Source of the DNA: Ostrea edulis
Taxonomy: Eukaryota
DNA: 64,000 bases
NCBI RefSeq assembly: GCF_947568905.1
Contig: NC_079165.1
Span: 46,562,001 to 46,626,000, forward strand
Direction of reading: 5' to 3'
In this document: piece after piece, positions 37,501 through 47,665 of the stretch
How the letters are laid out: each line of letters opens with the position of its first letter
How positions within the stretch are numbered: the first letter of the stretch is position 1
Position numbers and translations under genes: made by a program
The notes under the pieces: model-generated
The model's input: the letters and a program-made list of their open reading frames with translations, nothing else
Database searches by the model: none
What the model was told of the DNA's origin: nothing

Positions 37501-40500
37501 CTTCATGACGTCACATAGTTTATTTGGGGAGGGGGGGGGGGTAAAATCTTTATCTCACTTAAACTCTTTGCATGATAGATATATATTTTTTGCGGAAGGA
37601 ATCATATTCACAGAGTGTAATAAATAAAAACTGGTAAAGAATTTGGTGCCGAAAAAGTATACATTTTCTATAAATAACCATCAACATTAAAGAATTTTGT
37701 AAAGGGCAATGTCTCCTATGCTGGTATTTTTTCTATTGTATGATTCCCCTAATATCCACAATTAATATACATGTACATATATTTTTACAGTAGTAGTTTG
37801 GTTTTTTGGGTTTTTTTTTGTTTTTTGTTTTGTTTTTTGTTTTCTCTAAATAAAGTATTGTACACACACTTTGGAAACTGGCATTCCAAAATAAGCACGA
37901 GATATCCATCATTTCATGATAATGAATTTCCTTCCCCATACAGAGAAATACTTCCCTGTATTCTATTTTACGGGGTGACGTAAGTTAGGCTCGTATGCTA
38001 TGTACTTCATACATTTGAATTTTTTCTCCGCCTTCATGACGTCACATAGTTTATTTGGGGAGGGGGGGGGGGTAAAATCTTTATCTCACTTAAACTCTTT
38101 GCATGATAGATATATATTTTTTGCGGAAGGAATCATATTCACAGAGTGTAATAAATAAAAACTGGTAAAGAATTTGGTGCCGAAAAAGTATACATTTTCT
38201 ATAAATAACCATCAACATTAAAGAATTTTGTAAAGGGCAATGTCTCCTATGCTGGTATTTTTTCTATTGTATGATTCCCCTAATATCCACAATTAATATA
38301 CATGTACATATATTTTTACAGTAGTAGTTTGGTTTTTTGGGTTTTTTTTTTGTTTTTTGTTTTGTTTTTTGTTTTCTCTAAATAAAGTATTGTACACACA
38401 CTTTGGAAACTGGCATTCCAAAATAAGCACGATATATCCATCATTTCATGATAATGAATTTCCTTCCCCATACAGAGAAATACTTGCGAGGTGACGTAAG
38501 TTAGGCTAGTATATATCATGCATTTAAAAAAAATTCTCCGCCCTCATGTGACGTCATAGTTTGTTTTATTTTGTTTTGTTCAAATCTTTGCATGATAGAA
38601 ATATATTATATGAGGGATTTATATTCACAGGGTATAATAAAAAAGAATTTGGTGCTGAAAAAGTATACATTTTCTATAAATAATCAATCATCAACATTAA
38701 AAAATGTTGTCAATGACAATCAGTGCTGGTATTTTTTTCTATTCTAACTCTATCATACAATGGTTTCCATAATACCCATTTAAATATATTTTTACAGTAG
38801 GTTTTTTTTTTTGAATTGTTGATAATAAACTATGCAATTTTAAACAGCATTTATTATTTTTTTTATCTTGCTGTTTCAATAATGGAAACGTGCGATTTTC
38901 TGATGTTGATATATAATTTATATATACGTATATACTTATCTGACAGCTTTAAAAAGATGGCAACATATACATTTTCTTTGGTCATCGATTAAATCAAACT
39001 ATACTGAATGGAAATTAATACAGGTTTTCTGCTTTTAACCATTGATATTGATAAGTCACACACAACAAAGAAAACAAAATAAAATCATACGTCACATTTT
39101 ACCACATGATGTCAGTCACATTGACATTTGGATCACAAACTTCCGCCAGAGTTCGTTTGCTTACATTACTATTCGTAGGTGACGTAATGAGGCCTCGACG
39201 GGGAGTTTGATGTGGATCGCGATTTGTCACTTGCTTACATATTTTCTTGTGTTGGATTTACCATTAGTGACAACGTAATCGTTGCATGCAAGGGTAAGTT
39301 TTCATGTAGTAGAAATTTTCACAGAGTTAAAAGCCGCAAATTATTGCATTTTCTGATATTTGAAGACTTACTTTGGGTCAATCGTATCTACTCGGCTATT
39401 TCCGTAACCACAAATGAACCGAATACGGAAAAGGACGACTTTGGGTAGATCTAGGCCTAAACAATGCAATTTCTCGTATTTTCTCAATCTGTCGGAGATG
39501 AGCGACTTCAAAGTCGATCTCTAAAGGGCAGCGAAATACGCATTGCATCCATAGTCTACACATATTTTCCGTCATGACAAACTTCACCTTCGCCTTCGGT
39601 ACAGACAAATAACGGAGTTAAGATGGCGACCTCCGCAGCCACGTGTAGACTCTTCTAAGTGAATCATTGCGCGGCTCAGTTGACTTGTATTTTTCCGAGT
39701 TTATGTACATTTTGATAAACAAAGGTTAATATCTTTGTCTCCTGCATTAAATTATAATACAAGTTATACGAGTATAACCTGGTTTGGGTCAGTTTACGCT
39801 TTTTTATAATCCGCTTCGCGTAAAGCGTAAACTGACCCAAACCAGGTTATACTCGTATAACTTGCCCCAGAATTAAAGTCATTCCTTAAGTAATTTGAAA
39901 CTCCAAATTAAATGCTCCTTTAATATGTAACATAAATGATCTCTCTCCGTATTGAAAATTAGATAATGCACTATATGAATGACAAACAGAAAAACTTCTA
40001 TATTGTAAACAGTGGCCTAATTATTGGACATTGTCAGGTAGTGTACTATATACTAATTTCGGTCAAACGTTTAAACTTCACAGTTTTAAGGCGCAAACTT
40101 CACAGAACAGTCCCAGACCATTCGATAGTCTGACACATTGGACAGTTTTCGACTTATTACTTACTTTCAAGATCTGTGTCATTACAAAACATGTTCAACC
40201 AAAAATTTTTTTTTTTTTTTGGTTTATCAATGTGATTGTACATATCAGTAACTGTGTAAATGAATTATTACAAAAAGTCGTAACAGCGACTTCTATAATC
40301 ACGGAAAAAATTAAGAACATCAAAACTATCAGATGAATATCGTATTTTATCGATGTGTCAGGTCGTTGGTCTCGTGAGGGGGGTGGTGCCCTTCGTTTAA
40401 TGAGATTTATATAAATAACATAATTGTAAATCTTCATAAAATGATAAATATGGGCCAAGTCAAAGCTATTTTAAGTATAACTAACACTGAATACCTACAC

Positions 40501-43110
40501 AATTTTATGCTGATCATGTTGTAAACCAATCGCAATTTCTCAGCTTGCCGGAAAGGCCCGAGAACGTGCGATTGGTTGTAGACCTAAGCGTCAATGATGT
40601 TGCCTCATTCTGGGCGCTTCGTTCTGGAAATTTCCATAAAGCGGATTCAAGACTAAAACTACCAATTGAAGAAACGAACAGGCATATCTTATCTATTCAA
40701 CAATTATCAAAACTTATTTCCTATGTAAGATCAAAATCAAGCATCGATAAACAACGGATTTACTTCAGATCGTATTATCTTAAGTTGTCATTAGAAGAAA
40801 AAAAGAAAAATGGCTTAGATCCTCCAAAGTGTGTCCGCTACTTACTCTCATGTTTGCTATTTCGGGGTAGTTTATCGAAAACGAAAGTAGATTTTTAATT
40901 AATTTTACGACATTAACTTATCATGCACGATTCTATTATAGTTTACGGACCTCACCTCACATTTGAAACAATATTAAAGGTGCAAGAAGTAACTCTGGAG
41001 CAAGCTTTTCGAAGTTCATTGGCAAAATTTGTTAATTTATAAGTATAGATATATGTATCGGGGTATCCAGTGTAAATCTTTGATCCCTTATTGTGGCCCA
41101 CCCTACCCTGGGGAACCATGGTTTAAACAAACTTGAATCTACTCTATGTCAAGGAAGCTTCCATATATATTTTAACTTTTCTGGCGCAGTGGTTCTTGAC
41201 CACGTTCTATTTTTCGTTTTTCATGGTTATCTCCCCTTTGAAAAAAAAACCAACTTCTCTTTACCCAAGAATTTGTGCCAAGTTTGATTGAAAATGGCTC
41301 AGTGATTCTTGATAATCTTTAAAAAAAAGATGCCACAAAATGTTTACTATTGAATTCTTAATTATCTTCACTTCAAAAAGGGCGTGCCACTTCCCTTCCA
41401 AATGATGAGATTCTTCAAAGTCATGCTTCAGTTTTAAACACATTAATATCCCAGTCAATGTGACGAATGGTTACGAGATACGTACTAGATTGGATTTCTA
41501 AACTTCACAAAAACCCTACATAGTTACTAGTACGTTGCTGGATCCAGTAAATGTTCTACCAAGCGTATCTCTTATTCCTTACGAAGATATCAACTGCTGT
41601 GAAGGAGAAACTTCAAATGTATTGTGCTACAACATATGCCAGAAATGTGGATTCTAAAAAATTCTAAAGAACTTCAGTAAATTTGAAATCACAAAACATT
41701 TCTCAAATCTACAACATAAAAACATATGACTTTTTCAACACTTGACACGGCCGTTTTGCGTGATGAATTAATCAAAGATTATTAGATTTTTTGACACTAT
41801 AGACAGTTGTTTCTTCAATGAAAAAGGAAATACTCATAAATATTTATATTCAGTGATCAGTCATTCAAAAGGTTACTTTATTAAACACTACTCTGATTCT
41901 ACGCACAAGTACCCTGAAGCATCCTCTCAAGATGACCCTGAAGTTGATAAAAGAAAGTACTGGAGTTCCCCATCGACAATATCTTTGTAATCTTTGGTGA
42001 TCAGGTCTTCCAACAGTCTGTTGAAATTCCCATAGACACGAATTGTGCTCCTTTATTAGCTGAGCTGTTTTTATATTTTTACAAGGCAGAATTTATTCAA
42101 AAGCTTCTACGTGAATAGAAAAAAACCTCTTGCTGTAGCCTTCACCTAGACATTTGAAAAAAATTGACGATGTTTTATCTATTTACAATAATCATTTTAC
42201 ATTCATGTCGATTCGATATATCCCAGTGAACTCGAAATAAAGACAACACAGAGACTTCCACATCTATTTCATACTTAGATATTTTATTGAACACAGATGT
42301 TAACGCCAAGCTAACAACCCAACTTTGTTGCAAACGAGATGACTTCAGCTTCTCCATCGTTAATTTCTCATATCTATCCAGCAATATTTCATTATTATCT
42401 GCATATGGTGCTTATATCGCTTAACTGATTCGATACGTAAGAGCTTTTTCTGCGTATGAGTTTTTAAATCGAGGCAGGCTACTGACAAATAAGTTGATGT
42501 TACAAGGGTTTCAACGGTCTCGTTTAAAGTCAGCATTTAGCAGATTCTTTTGTGTAATACAACCTGTCATTGGGTCAAATTCTGTCTGACGTGTTTCATA
42601 CCAAATGTTAGGCCGTCCTTTGCATACTACTTTTGACTACAGATTACTCCGTTTACCTGATCAAGATATAGGGCTACTTCGCTAACCGAGGATTTTCGGT
42701 CCACTTCGCTTCTCATAAACAATGACACAACGGGGAATCTCTACATATAGTCGACTTCATAGCCACTTTTATAATCAAACAAGACAATTCTTCCGAATAT
42801 GTACAATGTTTAGTGGTCTAGATGTAAAAAAAGAAAAGACAACTCGTTACGTCTTGGAGAGAGAAAGAGCTAGGTTAATTTCCTATACCCACAAGTTCAG
42901 ATTCTGAATTTTGTTAGTTTCGATATATTAGATGAAATATTTACCTTGCCACTGAAGACTAAAGGTTTTGTTTTGGAGTTCAGGGAACACGGCTTTTATC
43001 CTTTCGTATAGTTGATTGAAGGTAGTCGTTGATGGGTACGAAAATCGTCGTATTTCTGATATTTCCCTCCCACCCCTCATCAAATGAACCTTAACCGTCC
43101 TATCTGCCAT
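15235..43110 (-). CDS. Divergent SQSTM1/p62 paralog (PB1 - ZZ remnant - LIR - UBA), 8 coding exons, ~442-445 aa
   Basis: Exons (minus strand): 42945-43110 (MADRTVKVHL...EIRRF...LQWQ), 31258-31353 (DDDGDFVSFSSNEE, OPCA motif), 31022-31156, 30712-30936, 29056-29150 (CGGC), 28221-28347, 27630 to ~27965/27974 (LIR DGHWTFVEDE; acceptor uncertain), 15235-15383 (UBA). Phases 1,1,1,1,0,1,1 join into one open frame. With the two extra 1-1 exons removed they match SQSTM1 phases 1,1,0,1,1. Middle exons are less certain than PB1/LIR/UBA. Confidence 0.82.
15689..17842. repeat. ~2.15-kb foldback: two ~1-kb inverted arms around a central hairpin
   Basis: 15689-16731 is the diverged reverse complement of 16853-17842 (e.g. 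GACCCAGTCACGTGATAAGAA / TTCTTATCACGTGACTGGGTC). Each arm has ACCATAGTTT...AAACTATGGT inverted motifs near its ends. Central hairpin at 16736-16818. Confidence 0.9.
19115..26179. repeat. 50-bp satellite array, ~141 units, with higher-order repeats
   Basis: Consensus TGTCAGCTAGGAGAGAAAATACGACTATCACAGACTGTCAGAGAGGACAC; variant blocks recur at 1434, 393 and 2172 bp offsets; lies in the last intron of the p62 paralog. Confidence 0.98.
27630..27974 (-). CDS. Acidic/LIR exon of the p62 paralog
   Basis: ...DEDVDGPAAGTDSSKNDGHWTFVEDEIP...DPPSGL with a phase-1 GTAAAG donor; parallels SQSTM1 exon 5 ([10 protein letters not shown]...[12 protein letters not shown]...IYPPT, phase-1 donor). The 5' boundary is uncertain. 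Confidence 0.8.
28487..29043. repeat. 32-bp minisatellite, ~17 copies
   Basis: Unit TTTACTGTATGGGATCACACTAACTGTCGGTA; in intron 5 of the p62 paralog; period is not a multiple of 3 and translation is interrupted by stops. Confidence 0.97.
29805..29990 (+). repeat. Interspersed repeat family B copy (SINE-like; class not established)
   Basis: Matches 9420-9575. Confidence 0.6.
31649..32157. mobile_element. MITE with 16-bp TIR ATGGACACGATTTGAG (Kolobok-like, inferred)
   Basis: TIR at 31649-31664 and its reverse complement at 32142-32157; a partial end also occurs at ~45985 (GGGCATGGACACGATTTGAA). Confidence 0.7.
33412..33767 (+). mobile_element. MITE family A copy
   Basis: CAGGGACGGATCCAGGAATTGCGG ... 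CCCCTTAAATCCGCC; internal sequence shared with the other copies. Confidence 0.78.
33825..33900. repeat. 76-bp near-perfect palindrome/hairpin
   Basis: CATCGTCGGATACCCACGGCTGATCTCGTCTTCTAC-TC-GTAGAAGACGAGATCAGCCGTGGGTA(TA)TCCGACGATG; 36-bp stem with one 2-nt bulge. Confidence 0.92.
34538..34785. mobile_element. 248-bp TA-ended MITE with long (~80 bp) imperfect TIRs
   Basis: TAGCGGCTAGCATAGGGGGCTAGGTATGGCGGCTGATTTGTG... versus ...CACAAATCAGCCACCATACCTAGCCCCTAAGCTAGCCGCTA; partial copy at ~34940-34970. Confidence 0.75.
35575..36585. mobile_element. Kolobok-like non-autonomous DNA transposon, 1011 bp
   Basis: Perfect 21-bp TIR AGAGACACTACAGCTCATTTT; TTAA target duplication at 35571-74 and 36586-89; purine-purine termini fit Kolobok rather than piggyBac. 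A small GGCAGATTTAG...TAGATCCGCC MITE is nested at ~36025-36180. Confidence 0.8.
36590..37019 (-). mobile_element. MITE family A copy
   Basis: Colinear with 12608-13046; ends CCTGGATCCGCCCC. Confidence 0.78.
37293..38800. repeat. Tandem triplication of a ~532-553 bp unit
   Basis: CTAAATAAAGTATTGT restarts at 37293, 37846 and 38378; copies 1 and 2 are nearly identical, copy 3 diverges after ~38480. Confidence 0.9.
39761..39863. repeat. 103-bp hairpin with perfect 42-bp stem
   Basis: AAGTTATACGAGTATAACCTGGTTTGGGTCAGTTTACGCTTT, 18-nt loop containing CGC-TTC-GCG, then the exact reverse complement. Confidence 0.93.
41030..41430 (+). repeat. Degenerate Cg170-like satellite/Helitron-associated monomers
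   Basis: AACAAACTTGAATC...CCCAAGAATTTGTGCCAAGTTTGATTGAAAATGGCTCAGTG resembles the bivalve ~166-bp repeat as I recall it; a related inverted piece lies at ~54720-54900. Confidence 0.5.
41470..42680 (+). mobile_element. Penelope-like retroelement reverse transcriptase remnant (pseudogenised)
   Basis: Broken frames give TAVKEKLQMYCATTYAR, MWILKNSKE, KTYDF/STL, IDNIFVIFGDQVFQQSVEIPIDTNCAPLLAELFLY, IDDVLSI, IYPSELEIK, KRDDFSFSIVNF, LIRYVRA and RLKSAF, motifs typical of PLE RT; many stops and frameshifts. Confidence 0.85.
42945..43110 (-). CDS. First coding exon (PB1 N-half) of the p62 paralog
   Basis: MADRTVKVHLMRGGREISEIRRFSYPSTTTFNQLYERIKAVFPELQNKTFSLQWQ with a phase-1 donor, colinear with SQSTM1 exon 1. 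Confidence 0.92.
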
Positions 43111-43310
43111 TTAGTTAACACTTACGGTGTTTCAAGTATTCAAAGAAATGTTTCCCTATATTGGTATATACATGTACATGTATATACTGTGATAATTGAA
43201 ATTGTGTGATTATTTTCCTCGTACATGACGCTTTATTGTATGAATTTTCAATATAAATAGCTGATAAAGGAAGAGCACAGGGAAACTCACTGCACGAAAT
43301 CGCTGCTAAA

Positions 43311-43682
43311 ATATATACATGTAAGAGAATTCTAAAATATATACATGTAAGAGAATTCATTTATATATACATGTAAGAGAATTCATTTATATATACATGT
43401 AAGAGAATTAATTTATATATACATGTAAGAGAATTCATTTATATATACATGTAAGAGAATTCATTTATATATACATGTAAGAGAATTCATTTATATATAC
43501 ATGTAAGAGAATTCATTTATATATACATGTAAGAGAATTCATTTATATATACATTGTACATGTAAGAGAATTCATTTATATATACATGTAAGAGAATTCA
43601 TTTATATATACATGTAAGAGAATTCATTTATATATACATGTAAGAGAATTCATTTATATATACATGTAAGAGAATTCATTTA
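43311..43682. repeat. 26-bp minisatellite, ~14 copies
   Basis: Unit ATATATACATGTAAGAGAATTCATTT; 200-570 bp upstream of the paralog ATG. Confidence 0.95.
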
Positions 43683-44044
43683 CGGGGGTTGCAATCTTCC
43701 ATTTGAAAACTTGTCTATTTGGAGTCTGCAATCCACTTTTTAGGGGGCGGAATAGGTATCATCTTTGGTTGCATCCCTTTTGAAAATTTCTCGATCCACC
43801 CTTGGATTTCTTGGTATGGTAATCTACTGAACCGCAACAGAACATGTGCACTCGACATTAGGACTCACACTTCCTTTGATCTACCCCCCCCCCCCCCCTT
43901 GTTCAATGTGCAAAAACTAATAATAGATATTTCCTGAAATGTTCTCGATTATGTGCCCATCAATCCTTAATGCCATTTTGCGCTTTATCAAACTTGTTAA
44001 AGGACACATCGCATGTTTCTAACCTTTTCGATTTTTTTTCAGTT

Positions 44045-44580
44045 TTACTGGAAAAAATATGAAAAGTAAAGATAACGAATAGTGAACAATCTCATAAATC
44101 CCATAAAGAATGCAAAATTAAGAGTAGGACAAACATGGACCCCTGGACACATCAGAGGTGGGATAAGTTGCATAGGAGGAATAAGCATCCCCTGTTGACC
44201 GGCAACACCCACCGTTAGCCCCTTATCCCGACCTTGCAAAAGGAGCAATCTGCAGCCAAATCAACATGCATGGTCCGACAATTGGTACGAAACATGCCAG
44301 GCAGCATCCAACCCAACGACGGGTTGTATTTGCAAATAGCATCAATCCAACCATAGAATTTGCGAAATGCTGACTTCAAACGAGACCGTCGAAATCTTTA
44401 ACATCACCTATTTGTCAGTAGTTTGTTCTGATTTAAAAATTGTTAATTCGCAGAACATGCTCAGATGAGAGATATAAACACCATGATTATGTAGGAGATA
44501 ATGGAATATTGCTACATAAAAATGGGAAGTTGATGAAGGAGAAACTGAAGTCATCCTGCTTTTCTGCCATCACTTGTCAG
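44045..44580 (-). mobile_element. Penelope-like 3' fragment with terminal repeat
   Basis: Reverse strand encodes RRSRLKSAFRKFYG-like RT C-terminus, followed by the GGGGATGCTTATTCCTCC...GGGGTCCATGTTTGTCC terminal repeat shared with 62200-62530. Confidence 0.75.
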
Positions 44581-46048
44581 ATTGGAAGATGATTGTTGGT
44601 ATCCTGCAGAATAATCTTTTGAATTTTCATTTTCACCCTGGGGAACAAATGAGGGTTTAAAAAACAGATTTTTTTTTTATTTCGACAAATAACCCTTGTT
44701 CCCAAAACTCCTCTTACATTTTGCGCAGTAGCCAAATCATCCTTTGGAAGGAATTGATGTGCAATAAAGGTTTCAGAATTGGGGAGTTGAAACGACATTT
44801 TTCTATAGAAAAACCTGGTTCCTAGAACCCCTCTTACATTTTATGCAGTAGCCAAATCATCTGTTGGGATATCATTGGTGGTGTCCTGTAGATGTACAAT
44901 GTGGAATTTTCTTTGAAACCTGAGGGGCAAATAGGGTGTAAAAACGATGAATATTCAAGTAAATTATAAAATAACTATTGTGGTTTCACAAGTATGACGG
45001 AGAATACACGCTGCCCCCCCCCACCCTTAAATCCGCCACTGGACTCCACCTGTAGAACGGAGAATAACAATAATTTCTGTGGAAACGAGGGGTAATTTAT
45101 ATTGTCCAGGAGAGACAGCATATAAATTATCCCCTCGTTTCCATAGAAACTATAGCAGCAGTAGCAGGTTTTTATATCAAGCAATGGTAACTGTCTTGCT
45201 CTCTTGGATTTATTATATTGTTTATGTTAATTTCGTTATTCTTTCTGGATATAATATGTACGGGGTTATCCTAGACAGTCCCGTTACAGTATTACACCAA
45301 GCAGAGACGTACATGATGTCTATGTAACGAGGAAAAAAAGGAGGGAGGGAGTTTAGGTATGTAGAAATTTATTTACTATTACATGCGAATGCACAAATAT
45401 TGCATAAAAATGCATAATTACTATGGTAAATTGAAATACATGTACGGCATTGCTACAAGGGGATTCAATTATTAGATAAATGTTCCTAAATGTTCACCAC
45501 TTGCCATTAAATTGTGATTTTGAAAATTTATATCATCCTTTTATGCAATTTCTTTTTCTCGTTTTCTTTTAAATCATTGGTAGAGGCCATATGCATATTT
45601 ATGCACAGTGATTTAGCATCAATTTAGCATCAATCAATCATTTCGATGGGGAGTCCGAACTAACCACCCATGGGCTAGATAGAAAATGAATATAATTGCC
45701 TATTACATGCACTTCCAGTTGTAAAATACTAAATGTTAGTCCACAGTTTTAATATAGTGGTTGCGCTCTCTAACGGCGACATATAATAAATAAATATATC
45801 GTTAATTTCTCTATGGGACGCCGAATGAAATTGTTCTCAAATGATTCTTAATTTTAAAATAATTTCAGAATTATCAATCATAATCACATAAATTGCTAAT
45901 TTCACAAGGGTATGTTATACGTTTGTTACAAATGTCATACAAGTTTTCATGAACTTGTGCGTTTTCTAATGTTACTTTAAAAATGGGCATGGACACGATT
46001 TGAACTGAAAATTCTTTATATCAAAACCTTTAGCATATATATATATAC

Positions 46049-46109
<61 letters not shown>

Positions 46110-46479
46110 AAACATTGTTACTACTGTTACTATAATATGTATACATGCATCTGTGCATATGCATGTATACATATGTATATCTGTGCATTATATGTATTTG
46201 TGTCATATCTAAACTGAGCCACTATTCAGAGGGTCCTGTTCTCTAATAGAGCTGCCCAATGAGTCGGATATGTGTGGCACACCCGTAGCCAGGGGTGGGG
46301 GGGGGGGGGGGTGGGGGTGGGGTTCGTGGGGTTCGTACGAACCCCCCCTTGAAAACTACTAAGCACTATTAAAGTCGGCATTTTGTTTGAATTGTGACTA
46401 TTAAAGTCGGGATTTTTTATGAAAATCATGAAAATTCATAGTAAAAAAGGCATGATTCCAAAATTCAAATTAAGTGCCA

Positions 46480-46517
<38 letters not shown>

Positions 46518-47496
46518 CAGAGCCCTGCCGTAGTGGCACCTCGCGGTGCGAGGTGATAGACTCGCGTTGCGAGTCTATGTAACCCCCCTTGAAAAATCCT
46601 GCCTACGGGCCTGTGTGGACTCATTGTGGCAGCGTGGCGTTTAAAAAAAATATCTGGATTATGTACACACACTGTACCAAATATGTTTCATACGCAGTAT
46701 TGTATTATCCCGTCTCTTGAAATTATGCTGTGAAAATCTTGACATTATGAAGATGAAATAAATAAATCAACAAAAAATTCATATGTAAATCAATAGCTAC
46801 AATATTTTGACATATAGGCCACTGTATCTATTTTGATTCCATGGTAAAATAATAACCATATATTATGTACATTGTATCTTATATATGTATTTCATTTGTT
46901 TTGTATGCTTGTATATGTTTTGTCTTGTTTCATAAAGAAGAATGTTGAAACTATTATGAACACTAACATATCGTTGTATAACCAGTGTTTGTGAAATGTT
47001 GATAATGCTGAACATTGAAGGAAAATGGCAATTTTCTGACGTTGATATATATGGGGTGGTTCTTTTTATGTATGTCTCGCATCTTCCAAAGAGTGATGAC
47101 CAATATACTTTATTCGTTTTAACTCTAATAAATGGAAATAAATACACTCTATATACTTTTATCAGATATTGTATATGCGAGTATGGAGTTACCTTATTCT
47201 GTATGTTTATCACATTTCATTTTGTTTTAAACATGGTATTTTTTACTTTAAGCAATCTACACACAAAAGGAAAATAGAATTTGAACATTTTCAGCTCATA
47301 TGGGAGCTCCTTTTAAAAGATGAATGTTGATTATTTCATGTCATGATATTAGCTTCCAATAAATTCCGAACAGGATTTTTCAGGAGATTTTGAGAAGCGG
47401 TAGCGGAAACCCCCAAAATAACATTTATCATGCTGATATGCAAAGGAACTTTCTAGTATTCTAAAAATAACTATGACATGACGAAATGTTTTGGTT

Positions 47497-47546
47497 GCGC
47501 AGTCACATGACCATGATTTTGTAAATTTGACAGCTCTTATAAAAAG
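47497..47546 (+). promoter_or_regulatory. SQSTM1 promoter: overlapping ARE and CLEAR/M-box-like site, plus TATA box
   Basis: 47497-47506 reverse complement GTGACTGCGC (RTGACnnnGC); 47502-47511 GTCACATGAC (CLEAR GTCACGTGAC with one change, M-box TCATGTG on minus); TATAAAA at 47538-47544; ATG at 47666. Confidence 0.6.
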
Positions 47547-47665
47547 CAGGTTGTGCCTCCATTATCAAACTTGCGCTGTAGAGAAAACCAAAAACAGGAA
47601 GAAAATAGTTCAAAGAAACTGTTTCTGAAGAATATACTAGTTGTCATCGAGGGAATCAACTCAAA

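Noticed and set aside
43278-43290. GGGAAACTCA as an NF-kB site upstream of the paralog
   Set aside because: Imperfect match, expected by chance in this much sequence.
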